Positions 1 to 10,214 of a DNA stretch of 64,000 nucleotides are shown piece by piece. The stretch lies in the NCBI GenBank assembly GCA_947364715.1, contig CANAUI010000001.1, forward strand, positions 1,157-65,156, read 5' to 3'. Position 1 is the first letter of the stretch; the number at the start of each line of letters is the position of its first letter. The position numbers and the translations under genes are program-made. The notes below the pieces were generated by a model. The model saw nothing but the letters and a program-made list of their open reading frames with translations. It had not been told where the DNA came from and did not search any database. Source of the DNA: an uncultured Clostridium sp. Its GTDB lineage: Bacteria > Bacillota > Clostridia > TANB77 > CAG-508.

Positions 1-696
1 AACACCTAAAACAAATAATGTTAAGAAAGCTATTCCATTATATTCTGATAATAAGATATTTGTAACTGCTAGTTGTTCTTCTACACTTAGTATTTCTTTT
101 TCTTTTGGTGCTGGTTTTTTAGGGTATTTTGGTTTCTTTACTGGATTTGTTGGTATTAATTCCATTTCCTCCTCAGCATCAGCAAAAATCATTCTTAATA
201 TCTTTACAGTATCTTTAATTGTTTTTAAAGATAAGAAATCTTTTGATTGTTTCCCCTTTGTAGTGGATAAGTGGTTTATGAATAATTGTATATCATGTTT
301 AGTGATTTCTTGAATTTTACGATTTTTAAAATAAGGTCTAATATATGAGTTGATTTTAGATATATATCCTGCTAAAGTGGATTCTGCAATAGTTAATCTT
401 TTATAATCTTTTACCCATATTTTAATCCATTCTTCTAATATTACCTCAGACTGTTTTATTCTTAAATAAGCATACTTTTTTTCTTTTTCTTCGTAAAACT
501 TTTTTAATGCTTTGGCTTTATCTCTAGCCTCTCTTTCAGTATCACCACTTACTGATTTCTGAACAGAACGACCATTTATCTTTACTGATATTCTGCCTTC
601 CCATTTGTTACCTTTTTTTCTAAAGTTACCTTCACCATTTTTCTTTCTAGTTCCTTTATTTTTATCTTGATCATTATTTATATTCTGTTTTACCAT
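1..696 (-). CDS. tyrosine recombinase/phage-type integrase, N-terminal ~232 aa (C-terminal catalytic part lies beyond window start)
   Basis: Reverse-strand ATG at 696..694 preceded by GGAGGGAGG RBS (703..715 rc). Translation MVKQNINNDQDK...EEWIKIWVKDYKRLTIAESTLAGYISKINSYIRPYFKNRKIQEITKHDIQLFINHL resembles the integrase N-terminal SAM-like/core-binding domain. Open to position 1. Not in the supplied ORF track because it is incomplete. Confidence 0.65.
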   Translation of the reverse strand, partial: MVKQNINNDQDKNKGTRKKNGEGNFRKKGNKWEGRISVKINGRSVQKSVSGDTEREARDKAKALKKFYEEKEKKYAYLRIKQSEVILEEWIKIWVKDYKRLTIAESTLAGYISKINSYIRPYFKNRKIQEITKHDIQLFINHLSTTKGKQSKDFLSLKTIKDTVKILRMIFADAEEEMELIPTNPVKKPKYPKKPAPKEKEILSVEEQLAVTNILLSEYNGIAFLTLFVLGV

Positions 697-817
697 TAAA
701 TTTTTCCTCCCTCCAATTAAGGAAAAACAGAATAAGTCAAAATATAATGATTTTCCTTAATTATAACGTGCTCAAAAAAATAAGTCAGCCCCAGGAGCAA
801 AAAAATAATGATAGATA

Positions 818-1009
818 CTAAAAATATCTACCACTATTCTTATCAAACCATTCTTGTAACCTCAATTTATTAATTACAATTCTTCGTTTGAACTTTATAC
901 AAGGGAATCCTTTTACATGAGTTAATTCTGACATTAATTTCTCATTAATTCCCATTAATCTACTTGCCTCTTTTATATTCAGACCAATTTTTTCATCTGT
1001 AGAAACCAC
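818..1009 (-). CDS. excisionase/AlpA-MerR-like HTH DNA-binding protein (Xis-like)
   Basis: 63 aa, ...KEASRLMGINEKLMSELTHVKGFPCIKFKRRIVINKLRLQEWF, typical small excisionase-family HTH. Directly upstream of the integrase on the same strand. Confidence 0.55.
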   Translation of the reverse strand: MVSTDEKIGLNIKEASRLMGINEKLMSELTHVKGFPCIKFKRRIVINKLRLQEWFDKNSGRYF

Positions 1010-1061
1010 CTTTTACACTCCTATCTATAAAAAACATTATTTTAACCTTTTATCTTAGCTG

Positions 1062-1973
1062 CTATATATCATAATCATCTTTATCCATAAGTTCTTCATA
1101 TACTTTCATTGTTTTCTTTGTATCTTCTGCTCTATGTCCCATAATTAAACATATTTTTTCTCTAAGTTTTTCCTTTGCCTCTCTTTCTGTTTCTCCAAAA
1201 GCATGTATAACTCTTTTATTATTAAATTTATCATTACAGAAAGCTCTTGCTACATACTTTCCATCTCTTATCTGTCTTAAAAATCTATTTCCATAAGCGA
1301 ATCTTCTACTTAATGTATAAAAATAAGTATTTTCATCTAATTTAATTAGACTTTTTTCTTCATTTATTCTACATTTGCTATATTGAATAATATCCCTCTT
1401 TATGAAATCTAATAAATCTTCTTTATTAAGTGTAGTATAGGGCATTAATTGAAGTTGATTAATTTTGGCATCACGTACAAATATTTTAAATCTATCATTG
1501 TAATTAATAAGAAAAATATCATTATTTTCATTATTAAATCTGCTTAATATAGAAGAATATGCTATTATCTCTTCATCTGTTAATTTAGGTAAAATACTAT
1601 CATTAAATTTATCTTCATCTATAATTTTATAAGCAAAAGTATTTTTCCAAGATTCATATTCTTCTAGATCCTCTATAGTGTTATTATCTTGTAATTCTTT
1701 AATATCTCTTTCTGTAATCTCTATCAAATTTTTTTTAAACCAGTTACCCTTTATTTTTATATAAATATCATAATCTGACTTTTCTTCTGAATTAGCTCGT
1801 ATATAGTATTTTTCGATAAGTGCTTTAAATTTAGGCACTAAATGTACCTGTTCTTTTTTTAAACTTTCCAATGCAATAAAATCATCAGCAGTTATGTTTT
1901 CTCCTAGTTTTTCCTCACATAATTTTTTGAAATTATCAATATTTAAAACAACATATATTTTCATATCTCCCAT
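1062..1973 (-). CDS. hypothetical protein with C-terminal DDYDI tail
   Basis: 303-aa ORF in the int/xis module. Extreme C-terminus ...ELMDKDDYDI matches the tail seen on many proteins at 26-38 kb. Confidence 0.6.
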   Translation of the reverse strand: MGDMKIYVVLNIDNFKKLCEEKLGENITADDFIALESLKKEQVHLVPKFKALIEKYYIRANSEEKSDYDIYIKIKGNWFKKNLIEITERDIKELQDNNTIEDLEEYESWKNTFAYKIIDEDKFNDSILPKLTDEEIIAYSSILSRFNNENNDIFLINYNDRFKIFVRDAKINQLQLMPYTTLNKEDLLDFIKRDIIQYSKCRINEEKSLIKLDENTYFYTLSRRFAYGNRFLRQIRDGKYVARAFCNDKFNNKRVIHAFGETEREAKEKLREKICLIMGHRAEDTKKTMKVYEELMDKDDYDI

Positions 1974-1982
1974 AAAAATCCC

Positions 1983-2480
1983 TCAATTCCATTTGATCTT
2001 TTTAGGTACAGCATAAGAAGTTTTGTTTTTAAATTCTTCTTTTAGTCTGTATTCCTTTGTTTTTTGATGAAATTCATAGATACTACTGTTCCAGTTTCTA
2101 AAAGCTCGATTATTAATTGTTCTCTTTCCAGACAATTCACAACTTGCTTGATTGTGCGAATAATCTAAAATAGCTTTTTCATCTCTATTTCCAATAGTTT
2201 GTGATTTTCTTTTTTTCTTCATAAATTGTTTTGTAAATTCTTTGTTTTTTAATTTATTTTCATTTATTCTTTTTGCTTTTTCATCTATATAATTTTCATT
2301 TTTTCTAACAATTCTACTAACTTGACTAATAGAAATGTTAACTACTTTTGAAATCTCTGAAAATGTCATTTTACTGTAAAAGTATAATTTATAAATTTCT
2401 TCATTTCTGTTGAACTTACTTTTATTCAATTCCATACCTCCAAAATGCAAAAATCTACTAACACTTTTTTGACATGACAA
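1983..2480 (-). CDS. sigma-70 region-4-like HTH regulator
   Basis: TFSEISKVVNISISQVSRIVRK resembles a sigma region 4 / HTH. True start probably the internal MELNKSK. Confidence 0.45.
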   Translation of the reverse strand: MSCQKSVSRFLHFGGMELNKSKFNRNEEIYKLYFYSKMTFSEISKVVNISISQVSRIVRKNENYIDEKAKRINENKLKNKEFTKQFMKKKRKSQTIGNRDEKAILDYSHNQASCELSGKRTINNRAFRNWNSSIYEFHQKTKEYRLKEEFKNKTSYAVPKKIKWN

Positions 2481-2991
2481 TCCATATAGATAACTACAGA
2501 AATCACTTTAATCCTTCTGTAAGATAATCTATATAGTTTGTAAAATCCTTTCCATGTAAATCTGATAATCTTGGTGTATGATAAACTTTTTTTCTAGTTT
2601 TAATTTTCAACCTTTTAAAACGAATTGTATTAATTATTGCTAAAACATTTAAAATTGCACAACAAATTATTAAAAATGATATAAATATTTTCATAATTCT
2701 GTTAATTCCAAATTGTTCAAAATATTTGTAGCCATTTCTTTGATTTTTCTTTTGTCATATACATAGTACATAAGCCAAATTGTATCTGCTAGTTTTTTTG
2801 CTGTCATTTTCGTTTTATTTATTCTACATTCTTTTCGCAAATGTTCAAAAGCAATAACAGCATAACAAATAAATAGTTTAAAACACATTGGAACTTACCT
2901 CACTTTCTTTTTAAATTTGAGTTGTTATTTTTCCCCTCTACTAGATAAGTTCCAATATAAAACCAAAATGGGAAAGTTTTTTAAAATTTTT

Positions 2992-3180
2992 TTAATTTTT
3001 TTCTTTTTTTCTATTTTTAGTAAGTGCTTTACATATTTGCATTTTTATTTCTTGCTCGCAATCTTCTTTATATTTTCCCAGTTTTGATGCTTTTGACTTA
3101 ATTATATTTTCAAAGTCAATTAGTATTTTGCTAACTTCATCATTAGTTAAATTGTAATTATTAAATTTATTATCTTCCAT
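2992..3180 (-). CDS. small hypothetical protein
   Basis: 62-aa ORF overlapping the end of the sigma factor gene by 11 nt. Lys-rich. No recognisable motif. Confidence 0.3.
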   Translation of the reverse strand: MEDNKFNNYNLTNDEVSKILIDFENIIKSKASKLGKYKEDCEQEIKMQICKALTKNRKKEKN

Positions 3181-3670
3181 TTTTTAAATTCTCCTTTACA
3201 TCACTTACTTTCTTTTTGAATGAATTAACCCTATTACAAATTGTTCTTCTATTTACATCTAGCAAAAATGCAATTTGATTAACCTGATACTTTTTCAGAT
3301 ATAATAAAAACACCACTAACTTTTCATTAAAAGTCAATGGTGTTATAAACATAGAAAGTCCCAATTCTACTGCTATATTTTCTAATGTATCAACAATTTC
3401 TTTCATTTCATCTTTAGAGTAAGGTTTTGAGGCACAAATATCCCTTAGTATTTTTGTTTCAAGTTTTTTATTAACAAAGTTGTATTTATCTTCTGTTGCC
3501 AACAGCTCCTCTGGAAAATCATCATCATCTATAGAGATGCTTTCTTTTTCTAATTTATTTGTTTTTCTAAAATATTTCAGAATGGTTTTGTTTATTATTC
3601 CATAAATATATCTTTCCTCCTCATCAGATAAAGAATCTTTTAAATAGTCTTTCATAGACATAACCTCCAA
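3170..3670 (-). CDS. sigma-70 family (ECF/TcdR-UviA-like) RNA polymerase sigma factor
   Basis: Region-2-like YIYGIINKTILKYF and region-4-like LKKYQVNQIAFLLDVNRRTICNRVNSF. 166 aa. Confidence 0.55.
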   Translation of the reverse strand: MEVMSMKDYLKDSLSDEEERYIYGIINKTILKYFRKTNKLEKESISIDDDDFPEELLATEDKYNFVNKKLETKILRDICASKPYSKDEMKEIVDTLENIAVELGLSMFITPLTFNEKLVVFLLYLKKYQVNQIAFLLDVNRRTICNRVNSFKKKVSDVKENLKNGR

Positions 3671-4182
3671 ATTTCTAAATTAGAAACTTGTCCTAATTGA
3701 AATTTTGAAGTTAGGCCCAAAATAAATAAAAAACTACCCTCCTTTAATACAAACAATTTGCCTACTAATAAAACTCTATGTCATATAATTGGTACGAATA
3801 AAGAGTGGAATTATTAGTTTAATTGAATTTTATTATCACTACAAAATCCAACAGACAAATTTCAAGGAGATTATACATATAAGTATTTAAAATGTCTGTC
3901 GCAATATGTAACTATCTTCCATTTTTTTGTAAAATTCCTTCAATGTATTTATAATACTAGCTTTTATAATAGTTTTTTTATAAAATTTGAGGAAAATATA
4001 AGAAATATGCTTTACGAAAAATAGCAAAAAGACAATAAAAATAAGAGAAAAAATCGTAAAATTGGAAGTTTGATAATTAGAATTAAAATTCGTGTAAGTA
4101 TATGGAATAATTATTGATAATATGCTATAATGATAGCGATAAATAGTAAGTTATCGCTGAGATTAAAAATTATTGTGGGGAG

Positions 4183-5043
4183 ATGTATCGTATGAAAAAG
4201 AAAATAGGTATTAGTATAGGAATATTGGTAATTGTACTTATAGTTGCAGGGATTATTACAAATTATTCAGATAGTGCTAGAGTAACAACAGGACACGAGC
4301 CAAAGTGTTGCATAAAGGTAGTTAGCAATGATGGAAGTAAAGTAACTTATTGGGGATTAGGTTATAAAGTAGTTCGTTATGTTGGAGTATCTCCAAACGA
4401 GCCTTATGAAAGCAATATTGGTGTAAAAATGGGAAATTGGTTTATGAAATATGAATTACCAAAAGCTGATATTATTGAAATTGAATATGAAGGACAAACA
4501 ATTACTATTACAGATATAAAAGATATAGGAATTATAGAAAATATATTATTAAATTCAAAATATAATGGAGAAATATGCAATGGAATAAATACTCACAAGA
4601 TAATATTAAATAAGGATATTTATTATATTAAAGAATCTTGCAAAGAAATACAAAAAGGAGATAAACAAGCGACAATTTCAACAGAAGATTTAGAAACAAT
4701 CAATAATATTATTTCTCAAAATAAAACTAATGAAATAAATAGTATAGCAGAAAGCTATACTTTTACAAAAACATATAATGTAGTAAATGTAGCTGACAGT
4801 AATGATGAAAATTACTTATACTTAACAATTAGGAAATTTCAAGATGAAGAAGTAAAAACGGTCAAAGTACAAAGAAGTTTAGCAAATACTGTTGAAAAAG
4901 AAAATAATTATGAGTTTACTTTTCAATATACAAATAATATCGCTGAAGATAACATAGAATCAATATTTGCAAATACTATGCTTATTGCAATAAAGAAAAC
5001 AGATAAACAAGGATTAGAGCAAGTTCAAGATTCAATTAGATAA
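4183..5043 (+). CDS. membrane-anchored extracellular protein, unknown function
   Basis: N-terminal TM KKKIGISIGILVIVLIVAGIIT then a hydrophilic domain. GGGGAG RBS suits the second ATG at 4192 better. Confidence 0.55.
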   Translation: MYRMKKKIGISIGILVIVLIVAGIITNYSDSARVTTGHEPKCCIKVVSNDGSKVTYWGLGYKVVRYVGVSPNEPYESNIGVKMGNWFMKYELPKADIIEIEYEGQTITITDIKDIGIIENILLNSKYNGEICNGINTHKIILNKDIYYIKESCKEIQKGDKQATISTEDLETINNIISQNKTNEINSIAESYTFTKTYNVVNVADSNDENYLYLTIRKFQDEEVKTVKVQRSLANTVEKENNYEFTFQYTNNIAEDNIESIFANTMLIAIKKTDKQGLEQVQDSIR

Positions 5044-5078
5044 TCATCTCGAAAAATTACAATTTTTATAGAAGGGCA

Positions 5079-5888
5079 GTGAAATTAATGGAAATATGGA
5101 ATGTGGGAAATCGAATTGTTAATACATATATTTATCAAATAGAAGATGGATATATTATGATTGATACAGGATATGATAATGGGTTTAAAAAAGTATTAAA
5201 AAAAATGGAAAAAAATAATTTAAAACCTGAAAATATAAGATATATTTTCTTAACTCATGCCCATGATGACCATGCAGGTTTTATAAATGAGATTATGAAC
5301 AAATTTCCAAAAATAAAATTAATATGTAATAGTAAATCTATAGAGATTTTAAAAAAAGGTCAAAATCCTTTTGAAGGGGGATGTAGTAGTAAACTAGCTC
5401 TTTTCTTTTGCAATATAATGAAAATTTTTGGGAGAAGTAAACATCTTTTCCCAATAATTTCAGAAGAAAATTTAAAAAGAACTATTTCAATTAATGAGGC
5501 TAATAAAAATGAAATAGAAAAAATATTAAAAGGAAATGTTTATGATACTCCAGGTCATACTAAAGATTCCATTTCATTAATGCTTAATGATGGTAAGTTT
5601 TTTTGTGGGGATGCTTCAATGAATGGGTTACCTAGTATTAACAAAATAACAATCTGGATTGAAAATAAAAAAGAATATGTAGAATCTTGGAAAAAAATAA
5701 TTAGTATAAAACCATTAAAAATATATCCTGGACATGGGAAATCATTTAATTACAATTGCCTTGAAAATAAAATTAATAAATTAGATAAAGTAAAATTATT
5801 AAAATTAAGTGAAGATTCTTTACTTGAGCCATCTGTTCCGAGAGCAGAATTAGAAACAGAAACAAAAAAAGATGAATGGGAAAGATAA
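5079..5888 (+). CDS. MBL-fold metallo-hydrolase
   Basis: HxHxDH motif FLTHAHDDHAGF plus downstream His/Asp ligand residues (TPGHT, GDAS, PGHG). Confidence 0.8.
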   Translation: MKLMEIWNVGNRIVNTYIYQIEDGYIMIDTGYDNGFKKVLKKMEKNNLKPENIRYIFLTHAHDDHAGFINEIMNKFPKIKLICNSKSIEILKKGQNPFEGGCSSKLALFFCNIMKIFGRSKHLFPIISEENLKRTISINEANKNEIEKILKGNVYDTPGHTKDSISLMLNDGKFFCGDASMNGLPSINKITIWIENKKEYVESWKKIISIKPLKIYPGHGKSFNYNCLENKINKLDKVKLLKLSEDSLLEPSVPRAELETETKKDEWER

Positions 5889-6082
5889 ATTACAATATAT
5901 AGGGCTAATAATTAGTTGATAATGTCAGTCTTTTATTATATAATAGTAACATCAATTAGTAAGTTGTAGAGGAGAGATAAATATGATACCAAGAATATGG
6001 TAAGATCACGAGTTATTTCGTGATAAGAACATTATTACAGTAACTCGTATAAAAATACGAAATGTAATAAAGGAGTAAATAA

Positions 6083-7528
6083 ATGGATTTAATAGTAAAA
6101 GCAAAAAATATAGATTTAGAATATAATGGAAGACAAATTTTAAATATTGATAATTTAGAAATATATAACTATGATAAAATCGGAATAGTAGGAAAAAATG
6201 GTAGTGGCAAAACAACATTATTAAAAGTCTTATTAGGACAAATAGAATTAAAAACAGCAGAGATTAAAACTTATGGAAAAATATCATATATTCCACAATT
6301 AGAGCAAATAGATATAACCAACATAGAAGATAAATCTATATTAGGTAAATTAAATGTTCATAATGTAGAAGGTAATAATCTATCAGGAGGAGAAGAAACA
6401 AAATTAAAAATAGCAAAAGCATTATCAGAAAATAGTGATGGCATATTTGCAGATGAACCTACTTGTAATTTAGATAAAGACAGTATCGATTATATAACAA
6501 AAACATTAAAATATTATTCTGGAAGTGTAGTAGTAATCAGCCACGATAGATATTTTTTAGATGAAGTTGTAAATAAGATATGGGAAATTGAAAATGGCAA
6601 AATTACAGAATATTGGGGGAATTATACAGATTATATAGAACAAAAAGAACAAGAAAAGCAAACCCACTTAAAAAAATATGAACAATATATAAATGAAAAG
6701 CAAAGGCTAGAAAAAATAATTACTGAAAAACAAAAGCAAGCACAAAAAGTTGGAAAAAGTAAAAATCAAAAAAGTACAGAAAATGGTGGAAGATTAGCAC
6801 ATCAAAAATCAACAGGGAGTAAAGAAAAAGCACTTCATAAATCAGCAAAAGCAGTAGAAAAAAGAATAGAAGAGCTAGAAGAAATAAGTAAACCAATAAA
6901 AGAAAGGCAAATACATTTTAGAATTAGTGGTTCGCTTGAGATATATAATCCTGTTCCAATTATGAGTGATAATCTAAATAAAAAAATTGGTAATAAAATA
7001 ATATTTGAAGATGCAAAATTTAAAATACCACTTGGCAAAAAAGTAGCAATTACTGGAGCAAATGGAACTGGAAAAACCACATTAATAAAAATGATTTTAA
7101 ATAAAGAAACTGGAATAGAAATATCTCCCAAAGTACAAATTGGTTATTTTGCACAAAATGGATATAAGTTTGAAAAAGAAAAAAATGTTTTAGAGTTTTT
7201 AAAAGAAGAATCAGATTATCAGGTGTCAGAAATAAGAAGTATGATAGCAATGTTAGGATTAAACCAAAATGTAATTACTAGAAAAATGAAAACATTAAGT
7301 GGTGGAGAAATTGTAAAAATATTATTATGTAAAATGTTGCTTGGAAGATATAATGTACTAATTATGGATGAACCTAATAATTATTTAGATATACCAAGTA
7401 TAGAAGCATTAGAAAGCCTTATGAAACAATATAAAGGTACAATAATATTTATATCACATGATAAACGATTAGTACAAAATGTAGCAGATATTGTATATGA
7501 AATTAAAGATAATAAAATAATGGAATAA
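6083..7528 (+). CDS. ABC-F family ATPase (two ABC domains with a long charged linker; possible ARE-type ribosomal protection protein)
   Basis: Walker A GKNGSGKTTLLK and GANGTGKTTLIK. Signatures LSGGEETK and LSGGEIVK. About 80-aa Lys/Gln/Glu-rich interdomain linker. No transmembrane domain. Confidence 0.8.
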   Translation: MDLIVKAKNIDLEYNGRQILNIDNLEIYNYDKIGIVGKNGSGKTTLLKVLLGQIELKTAEIKTYGKISYIPQLEQIDITNIEDKSILGKLNVHNVEGNNLSGGEETKLKIAKALSENSDGIFADEPTCNLDKDSIDYITKTLKYYSGSVVVISHDRYFLDEVVNKIWEIENGKITEYWGNYTDYIEQKEQEKQTHLKKYEQYINEKQRLEKIITEKQKQAQKVGKSKNQKSTENGGRLAHQKSTGSKEKALHKSAKAVEKRIEELEEISKPIKERQIHFRISGSLEIYNPVPIMSDNLNKKIGNKIIFEDAKFKIPLGKKVAITGANGTGKTTLIKMILNKETGIEISPKVQIGYFAQNGYKFEKEKNVLEFLKEESDYQVSEIRSMIAMLGLNQNVITRKMKTLSGGEIVKILLCKMLLGRYNVLIMDEPNNYLDIPSIEALESLMKQYKGTIIFISHDKRLVQNVADIVYEIKDNKIME

Positions 7529-7662
7529 CATAACAATAAATTACAATTTTGAAAGGAAGTAATATATGGATTATCAAAAACATATACCATATTTATTAGA
7601 TAAAAACTTTAAAGAAAATGTAAGAAAATATAAAAGATTTATTTTTTGCCTTAATAAAAAAC

Positions 7663-7688
7663 CGTAGACTGGTACACCAGTCTACGGA
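7663..7688. terminator. GC-rich perfect hairpin (bidirectional terminator candidate)
   Basis: ccgtagactggt-acacc-agtctacgg between the convergent ABC-F and 7741..8232 genes. T-rich flank upstream on the plus strand. Confidence 0.55.
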
Positions 7689-7691
7689 AAT

Positions 7692-7705
7692 CTGTGGGAG
7701 ATACT
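7692..7705. repeat. left copy of a 14-bp perfect inverted repeat flanking the GC-rich cassette
   Basis: ctgtgggagatact is the exact reverse complement of 8258..8271 agtatctcccacag. Confidence 0.7.
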
Positions 7706-7740
7706 AACTATTTGTTACTTACTGTTGCTGTTTGCTGAAA

Positions 7741-8232
7741 TTAATAAATCCAGCAGTTAATGCGACCGGACCCAGGGGTATTGCCATTCCAGTTGATGAT
7801 GGAATAGTGAATGCGATAGGTTCCTGTCTGACCGTTAAGGAACTTGATGTTATGCCAGTTGTCCTTGTTGGACATAGTGATGTAATCACCAGCATTATCA
7901 AGTGTCCCCCATGCGAAAGTGCCATCCGGTCTGTAAACCTGAACTGCCACAGCATCATTGGAACCGAAGTTCTCAATGTTTAAAGTAAGCTGTGCAGTAG
8001 GCCAGCCCATGCCAGTTACATTGACATAGAAATCGCCGACGGTGCTTTCGCCAGAATTGTGCCAATGCTGACCATATCCACTCAGCGATCCGTAAGGAAC
8101 AATCCCACTGTCGCTCGCTTCAACGGCAACCACATTGGAAACGGGTTCTGCCTCTGCTGCAAACGCAGTAGTGCCACAAAGGCAGGTGAAAGCCATGGCT
8201 AACGCCATAATGATACCTAAATGTCTTTTCAT
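7741..8232 (-). CDS. secreted protein of unknown function, encoded in a compositionally foreign (~48% GC) cassette
   Basis: Likely start MKRHLGIIMALAMAFTCLCGTTAFAAEA (signal peptide) with AGGAGG RBS (8242..8247 rc). The track ORF extends to 8256. GC content far above the surroundings. Confidence 0.65.
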   Translation of the reverse strand: MKRHLGIIMALAMAFTCLCGTTAFAAEAEPVSNVVAVEASDSGIVPYGSLSGYGQHWHNSGESTVGDFYVNVTGMGWPTAQLTLNIENFGSNDAVAVQVYRPDGTFAWGTLDNAGDYITMSNKDNWHNIKFLNGQTGTYRIHYSIINWNGNTPGSGRINCWIY

Positions 8233-8257
8233 GATATTACCTCCTGTAATAGACACA

Positions 8258-8271
8258 AGTATCTCCCACAG
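8258..8271. repeat. right copy of the 14-bp inverted repeat
   Basis: agtatctcccacag, immediately upstream of the RBS of the 7741..8232 gene. Confidence 0.7.
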
Positions 8272-8447
8272 TTTTTTTTGCTTACCGAACGATTACAACC
8301 GTTCTTAATAAATAAGCATAGCATAAATTATACAACATATTTTTATAAAAGTAAAGTAAAAACACAAAAAATACGCAAAAAGATGTCGACAGAAATCGAC
8401 AAATAGCAGTGTTTTTTAGTTTTATATTTAGAAAGGGGGGCTAGATT

Positions 8448-9185
8448 GTGAATAATAAAGAAGATTGGGAAGAATTAGAAAAATGGCAAGAAAGAAGAAA
8501 AGAAGAACAAATGGAAAAGTTTAGAGTGGATTTTTCAGAAATAGCTAAAAAAAGAGAATACAAAGGAGTAAACACTATTGTAAAAGGAATGAAAATAGCA
8601 GGAAAAACAATTAAAATTGGTGGAATTATAACTATTATAATAGTTATAGCTATCGTTCTTTTGATTTTTGACTTAATTATTTCTAATATAAATGCAAAAA
8701 CAAATATAAAACCAAAAAAAACAATAGAAAATATGTATAATACAGAAGTTGATTTAATCTATCAAGACATAGATGAAAAAGAAAATGGCAAATATGTTTT
8801 TAAAGTATCAAATAATAACGAAATTAAATTCACAGCCATAAGAAAATTTGGAAGTTTAAGTGAAGATTATTCTGATAATTGTCATAAATATTACTTTGAA
8901 CGATGGGAAAGTAAAGAAAAAGAAAATTTTATAATAACTGAAAATAAAACAGAAGATATTTTAGACTATGATACATATATAGAAATAGATTCATATGAAG
9001 AACTAGAAAAAGCAATGGATATTATAAATAATTTTGTGAATTATTGTGGAAATAATTTTTCTGCTAATTGGAGAATTTATTTAAAAAAAGGAAATTACAT
9101 AATATATCCTTATCAACAAAGTGGAATATCTAAAGAGGAGGCAGTTAATAACGCAAAAGAATTATATAATAAATATTTAAAATAA
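8448..9185 (+). CDS. membrane protein (one central TM), unknown
   Basis: Hydrophobic stretch IGGIITIIIVIAIVLLIFDLII. Plausible RBS gaaagggggg upstream (start read as GTG). Confidence 0.5.
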   Translation: MNNKEDWEELEKWQERRKEEQMEKFRVDFSEIAKKREYKGVNTIVKGMKIAGKTIKIGGIITIIIVIAIVLLIFDLIISNINAKTNIKPKKTIENMYNTEVDLIYQDIDEKENGKYVFKVSNNNEIKFTAIRKFGSLSEDYSDNCHKYYFERWESKEKENFIITENKTEDILDYDTYIEIDSYEELEKAMDIINNFVNYCGNNFSANWRIYLKKGNYIIYPYQQSGISKEEAVNNAKELYNKYLK

Positions 9186-9398
9186 ATTTTGCAAAGAATG
9201 TAACGAAAATGAACTTGATTCGTCTTATATGTAAAGATATATAAAATACTGCATAACTCAAAATTTATTGCTAATGTATATAGATGATTCAGCTAGTATT
9301 TGATTTTTAGAGTATAAAAAAACATTTAAGAGAATACAAAAAATATACATAAACTAACTTGATATTTATTAAAGAATCTATTATAATACAAATAGAAA

Positions 9399-10091
9399 TT
9401 GGAGGATAAAATTATGGAAAAAGAAAAAATAAAATTATGGAAAATAATAGTTGCAATATTAGTAATATTATTAGTTATTTTTGCAATAAATACGATTAGA
9501 AAAGTTATAATATTTAATAATTTACAAGAAAAAATTAGCAAGTATGAAAAAAGTGAGAATATGTATTCTAAAATAGATTCAGAAAAGTCAATAACAGAAA
9601 GATTTATTAAAAATGATATAGATAAGTTAATAATAAAGTATAAAGATAAACCAATGACAGTTATTCAATTAAAAAATGGAAACGAATGTAAGAATTATAC
9701 CTTTTTTGAAGAAACTAAAAAAGTAACAGTAACTGATGTTAATAATATGGATGCCTTGAGAGTTACAAAAATAAATAATACCATTAACACAAATTCTTTT
9801 ATAGATAAACTTATAAAATGTATTACTTCAAAAGTTTCTACAGAAACAATAGATGGAAAAGAATATTATGTTATAGATGGAAAATTAAGCGGAAGTCAAT
9901 TAATGCTACAAAATGTTATATCAACGAAAGCATATATAGATAGAGAAACTGGATTAACAATGAAAATAATTGAGATCACAAAAGAAAACAATAATAAAAA
10001 AGAATATATTACTAATTATGAGTACAATTTTGACTCTATTACAGATGATGAAATTAGTGAACCTAATACTATTGGTTATGAAGAAAATTAA
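9399..10091 (+). CDS. membrane-anchored protein, unknown
   Basis: N-terminal TM WKIIVAILVILLVIFAI. GGAGG RBS at ~9402. Confidence 0.55.
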   Translation: MEDKIMEKEKIKLWKIIVAILVILLVIFAINTIRKVIIFNNLQEKISKYEKSENMYSKIDSEKSITERFIKNDIDKLIIKYKDKPMTVIQLKNGNECKNYTFFEETKKVTVTDVNNMDALRVTKINNTINTNSFIDKLIKCITSKVSTETIDGKEYYVIDGKLSGSQLMLQNVISTKAYIDRETGLTMKIIEITKENNNKKEYITNYEYNFDSITDDEISEPNTIGYEEN

Positions 10092-10214
10092 TATAAATAG
10101 CATTAATAGGCAATAAAGTTTTATTGCCTATTTTTTACAATATCATTGAGAAAGCAGTATAAATTATGATAAAATTAGAGCAAGTACAGAGCTTATAAAA
10201 AGGGGAAATAACAA

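Noticed and set aside
6835-7250. Minus-strand ORFs (98 aa, 66 aa) and 6006..6218 inside or overlapping the ABC-F gene
   Set aside because: Fully antisense to a well-supported plus-strand gene, with low-complexity hydrophobic translations typical of AT-rich antisense frames. Not genes.
7719-7983. Overlapping ORFs 7732..7983 (+) and 7719..7976 (-) in the GC-rich cassette
   Set aside because: They overlap the 3' part of the 7741..8232 secreted-protein gene in other frames. Long open frames are expected by chance in a GC-rich segment. No RBS.
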